From: Candidatus Levyibacteriota bacterium
Lineage (GTDB): Bacteria > Patescibacteriota > Microgenomatia > Levybacterales > UBA12049
Length of the DNA stretch: 64,000 nt
Direction of reading: 5' to 3'
Assembly: GCA_003173895.1 (NCBI GenBank)
Contig: PJMG01000022.1
Coordinates: forward strand, 67,454-131,453
The translations under genes were made by a program, and so were the position numbers. Below, one piece after another: positions 61,501-64,000 of this stretch (positions are counted from its first letter, which is position 1; the number at the start of each line of letters is the position of its first letter). Below the pieces are notes generated by a model, which saw nothing but the letters and a program-made list of their open reading frames with translations, searched no databases and was not told the origin of the DNA.

Positions 61501-61559
61501 ATTTTATCCTGCCTCTATATGTAGTGTCAACATCATAATAGAACCACCAGTAATAGTGC
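61501..61559 (-). promoter_or_regulatory. nrdR-nrdJ promoter with tandem NrdR boxes
   Basis: TTGACA-N18-TAAAAT 6 nt before ATG; boxes at 61512-61527 and 61544-61559, offset 32 bp. Confidence 0.72.
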
Positions 61560-61677
61560 GTCAACTAGGAATTTATATATCAAAATATAACAGCACTTGT
61601 TTTTAGCTTCAAAATTATTTTGAGCAAAAAAATCAAATTTTACTGAATAATTTTGTTGTTCAACATAAGATAATAGA

Positions 61678-62214
61678 CTATTTTAGTAGTTTATTTAATT
61701 GGGCCTCAAATCCTACTGACCTTTTTAATTCACTATTAAATCGTGCCTGTAAAGTAGAATTCGCATAGGTCACCATATTTGAAAGCATATACTCTCTAAG
61801 CTTATTACTATTGCTCATATTATTTACATCACCTACGATAAACTCTCCTTGCTTTTTTGCTAAATTTATTTGTTCAATTGCTTGATTAAAATAATTTTGT
61901 GCTTTTGAAATAGTATCTAATGCTAAAGCCTGATTACCAGAATCATAAAGCATTTGAGCTGCTTCAGTTCGTTTATCAGTTAAACTTAAATCATACTCTG
62001 CTTTTTTAAGAGGATCAGAAATAAAAAAACCTACTAACATATCGCGAGCTACTTTAATTTTATATAAAGGATTATTGGGTAAGATTCCAGGATAAGGTAA
62101 AGTATAATTAACAGGAGGGAATTTAGTAGCAGAACTAGGAGCTTGAGCAAATGCGGAAAAATTAAAGATTAAAAATACAAAAATAAAAATAACCAGGGTA
62201 AAAAATACTCTCAT
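61678..62214 (-). CDS. Exported DUF5667-like protein
   Basis: Signal peptide; YPGILP..PLY..K..RD and A...L..T.KR..A. Confidence 0.75.
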   Translation of the reverse strand: MRVFFTLVIFIFVFLIFNFSAFAQAPSSATKFPPVNYTLPYPGILPNNPLYKIKVARDMLVGFFISDPLKKAEYDLSLTDKRTEAAQMLYDSGNQALALDTISKAQNYFNQAIEQINLAKKQGEFIVGDVNNMSNSNKLREYMLSNMVTYANSTLQARFNSELKRSVGFEAQLNKLLK

Positions 62215-62217
62215 AAA

Positions 62218-62799
62218 TTATTTAGAATTTAAACTTTGAAGGACTTTTTGAAGAGCAGCATCTGGATCTAAAATAAAAGTGTTAATGACCAAATCATAAT
62301 ATTTTTCTTCCCAATAAGTCCAATTTTCATCATTCTCCGGAGCATAAAGTCGTCTCCATTTTTCTATATCACTCTTTTCCCGATGTAAAACTTCTTCTTT
62401 AGCCTCAGAGACAGAAATATGTTCTCTATTTACTAAACGGTCAATTCTGATTTGGGTTTGATCTGCTCCATTTTCTTCACATAAAACCAAAACTTTAAAA
62501 ATACCATCAATTCCTTGAGCATTAAAACCTGCTAATTTAGTTTCTAAAACAATATCTTTATCTTCATTTAAAATTTTTTTAAGTTGTGCGTCAAATAATT
62601 CATCTTCATTATCGGGTCTTAAATTAGTATCTTTTTCAGCTAGACCCATTTTATTACGTAGCGCCTCCCAGAAAATTTCTCCCCCTTCTATATGTCGCCA
62701 ATGTAAATGATGAGCTAGTTTTTTAGCTAAAGTGGTAGAACCAGATGCAATTCTTCCAGAAATAGTAATAATACGAATAGAAGGATCAATATTTTGCAT
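62218..62799 (-). CDS. Cytidylate kinase-like protein (archaeal type)
   Basis: ITISG..ASG.TTLAK.LA, RE..D...W..LY and YDLVINT; ATG 62799. Confidence 0.78.
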   Translation of the reverse strand: MQNIDPSIRIITISGRIASGSTTLAKKLAHHLHWRHIEGGEIFWEALRNKMGLAEKDTNLRPDNEDELFDAQLKKILNEDKDIVLETKLAGFNAQGIDGIFKVLVLCEENGADQTQIRIDRLVNREHISVSEAKEEVLHREKSDIEKWRRLYAPENDENWTYWEEKYYDLVINTFILDPDAALQKVLQSLNSK

Positions 62800-62807
62800 A
62801 AAATTTA

Positions 62808-63848
62808 TTATTTTGGAGCTACTAATACAGCTTCTTCTACTAGTCGAGTAGCATACCCCCACTCATTATCATACCAAGCAATTATTTTTACCAAATTTCC
62901 CCCGACTACTTGAGTTAAAGATAAATCAACTATAGAAGAATGAGAATTACCTTTAATATCTGAGGATACAATAGGTTCTGTAGTAACCTCAACTAAATTT
63001 TTAAAAGCTTCCGAGTTAGCTGCATCAGTTAAAACTTTATTCACTTCTTCAATAGAAGTATTACGTTTCAATAGGAATGTAAAATCAGAGAGAGATCCAG
63101 TTATAACTGGCACACGAATAGAAAGTCCTGTAAAAAGTCCTTCTAATTCTGGAACTGCTTTAGTAGCCGCTATAGTCGCTCCAGTAGTAGTAGGAACTAT
63201 ATTATCAGCTGCTGCGCGTGCACGTCTGTAATCCTTATGACCATCATCCTGAAGTTTTTGATCAGAAGTAAAAGCATGAATAGTAGTCATCATAGCTTTT
63301 TCTACTCCAAAATTATCTACCATGATTTTAGCTACTGGTGAAATACAATTAGTAGTACAAGAAGCATTACTTACTATTTCTTCATTATTATATTTATCGC
63401 TATTAACTCCAATTACGTAGGTAGGAGTTTCATCTTTAGCCGGCGCTGACATAATAACTCGCTTAGCACCCGCTTTTATATGATCTTCAGCTTTAACTTC
63501 AGCTAAGAAATGTCCTGTACATTCCAGAACTACATCTATGTTTAACGCCCCCCAAGGAAGAAGTGTAGCATCTTTTTGAGAATAAACTTTTATTTCCTTA
63601 TCATCAATTAAAAGCGCCCCTAAAAAATCTGGGTTGGTATCTGAAGGATCTTTTTCTTTTATAGAAATTTTATTTGCTAAATTTCCGTATGAAGTATCAT
63701 ATTTTAGAAGATACATCCAACCTTTAAGATCTGTAGAAGAACCTGTATTTATAGCAACTACATTTATTTTATCCAAGAAACTTTTAAGAATTATTCTGTG
63801 AGCTACTCTCCCTATTCGACCATAACCATTAATGGCTATATTAATCAT
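62808..63848 (-). CDS. gap: Glyceraldehyde-3-phosphate dehydrogenase, type I
   Basis: INGYGRIGR, SNASCTTNC and WYDNEWGY. Confidence 0.98.
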   Translation of the reverse strand: MINIAINGYGRIGRVAHRIILKSFLDKINVVAINTGSSTDLKGWMYLLKYDTSYGNLANKISIKEKDPSDTNPDFLGALLIDDKEIKVYSQKDATLLPWGALNIDVVLECTGHFLAEVKAEDHIKAGAKRVIMSAPAKDETPTYVIGVNSDKYNNEEIVSNASCTTNCISPVAKIMVDNFGVEKAMMTTIHAFTSDQKLQDDGHKDYRRARAAADNIVPTTTGATIAATKAVPELEGLFTGLSIRVPVITGSLSDFTFLLKRNTSIEEVNKVLTDAANSEAFKNLVEVTTEPIVSSDIKGNSHSSIVDLSLTQVVGGNLVKIIAWYDNEWGYATRLVEEAVLVAPK

Positions 63849-63896
63849 GCATTAATATTAATTCATTCAAAAAATTCTTGCAAGCAAAGAAAGAAT

Positions 63897-64000
63897 TTAT
63901 ATTTTTCTCTGCATCTCACGTTCTAAATCTTTTTTCTTAAGTAATTCTTTTTTCTCGTATTGTTTTCTACCCTTTCCTAAAGCAATCTCTAACTTTATGT
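63897..64000 (-). CDS. smpB: SsrA-binding protein, C-terminal part (5' end outside window)
   Basis: Manual translation IKLEIALGKGRKQYEKKELLKKKDLEREMQRKI*. Confidence 0.88.
   Translation of the reverse strand, partial: IKLEIALGKGRKQYEKKELLKKKDLEREMQRKI

Overview
Low-GC bacterial chromosome segment, most consistent with a Patescibacteria/CPR (Microgenomates-like) genome. Supporting traits: short MetRS, stand-alone PilN/PilO, DUF5667, a VirD4/TrwB-like ATPase, class II RNR, NiSOD, pervasive leaderless promoters and a tRNA-Ile(UAU). Content: housekeeping genes (metG, tatD, groEL/ES, lepA, murJ, rpsT, tpiA, pcrA, trpS, tgt, nrdR-nrdJ, gap, smpB), two cell-surface glycosylation clusters rich in GT-C enzymes, Thr/Pro-rich surface proteins, three tRNAs and several orphan genes. 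The most striking observation is a TrpR locus (37.2-43.1 kb). A perfect sigma70 promoter carries an E. coli-like trp operator. It drives trpR and a translationally coupled gene split by a prfB-like +1 frameshift cassette (AGGGG-UAU-CUU-UGG) in which the RF2 stop codon is replaced by a Trp codon. This is a candidate tryptophan-sensing programmed frameshift upstream of trpS. A family of structured intergenic and in-frame palindromic elements is also present. All calls are by eye from motifs; no database searches were run.
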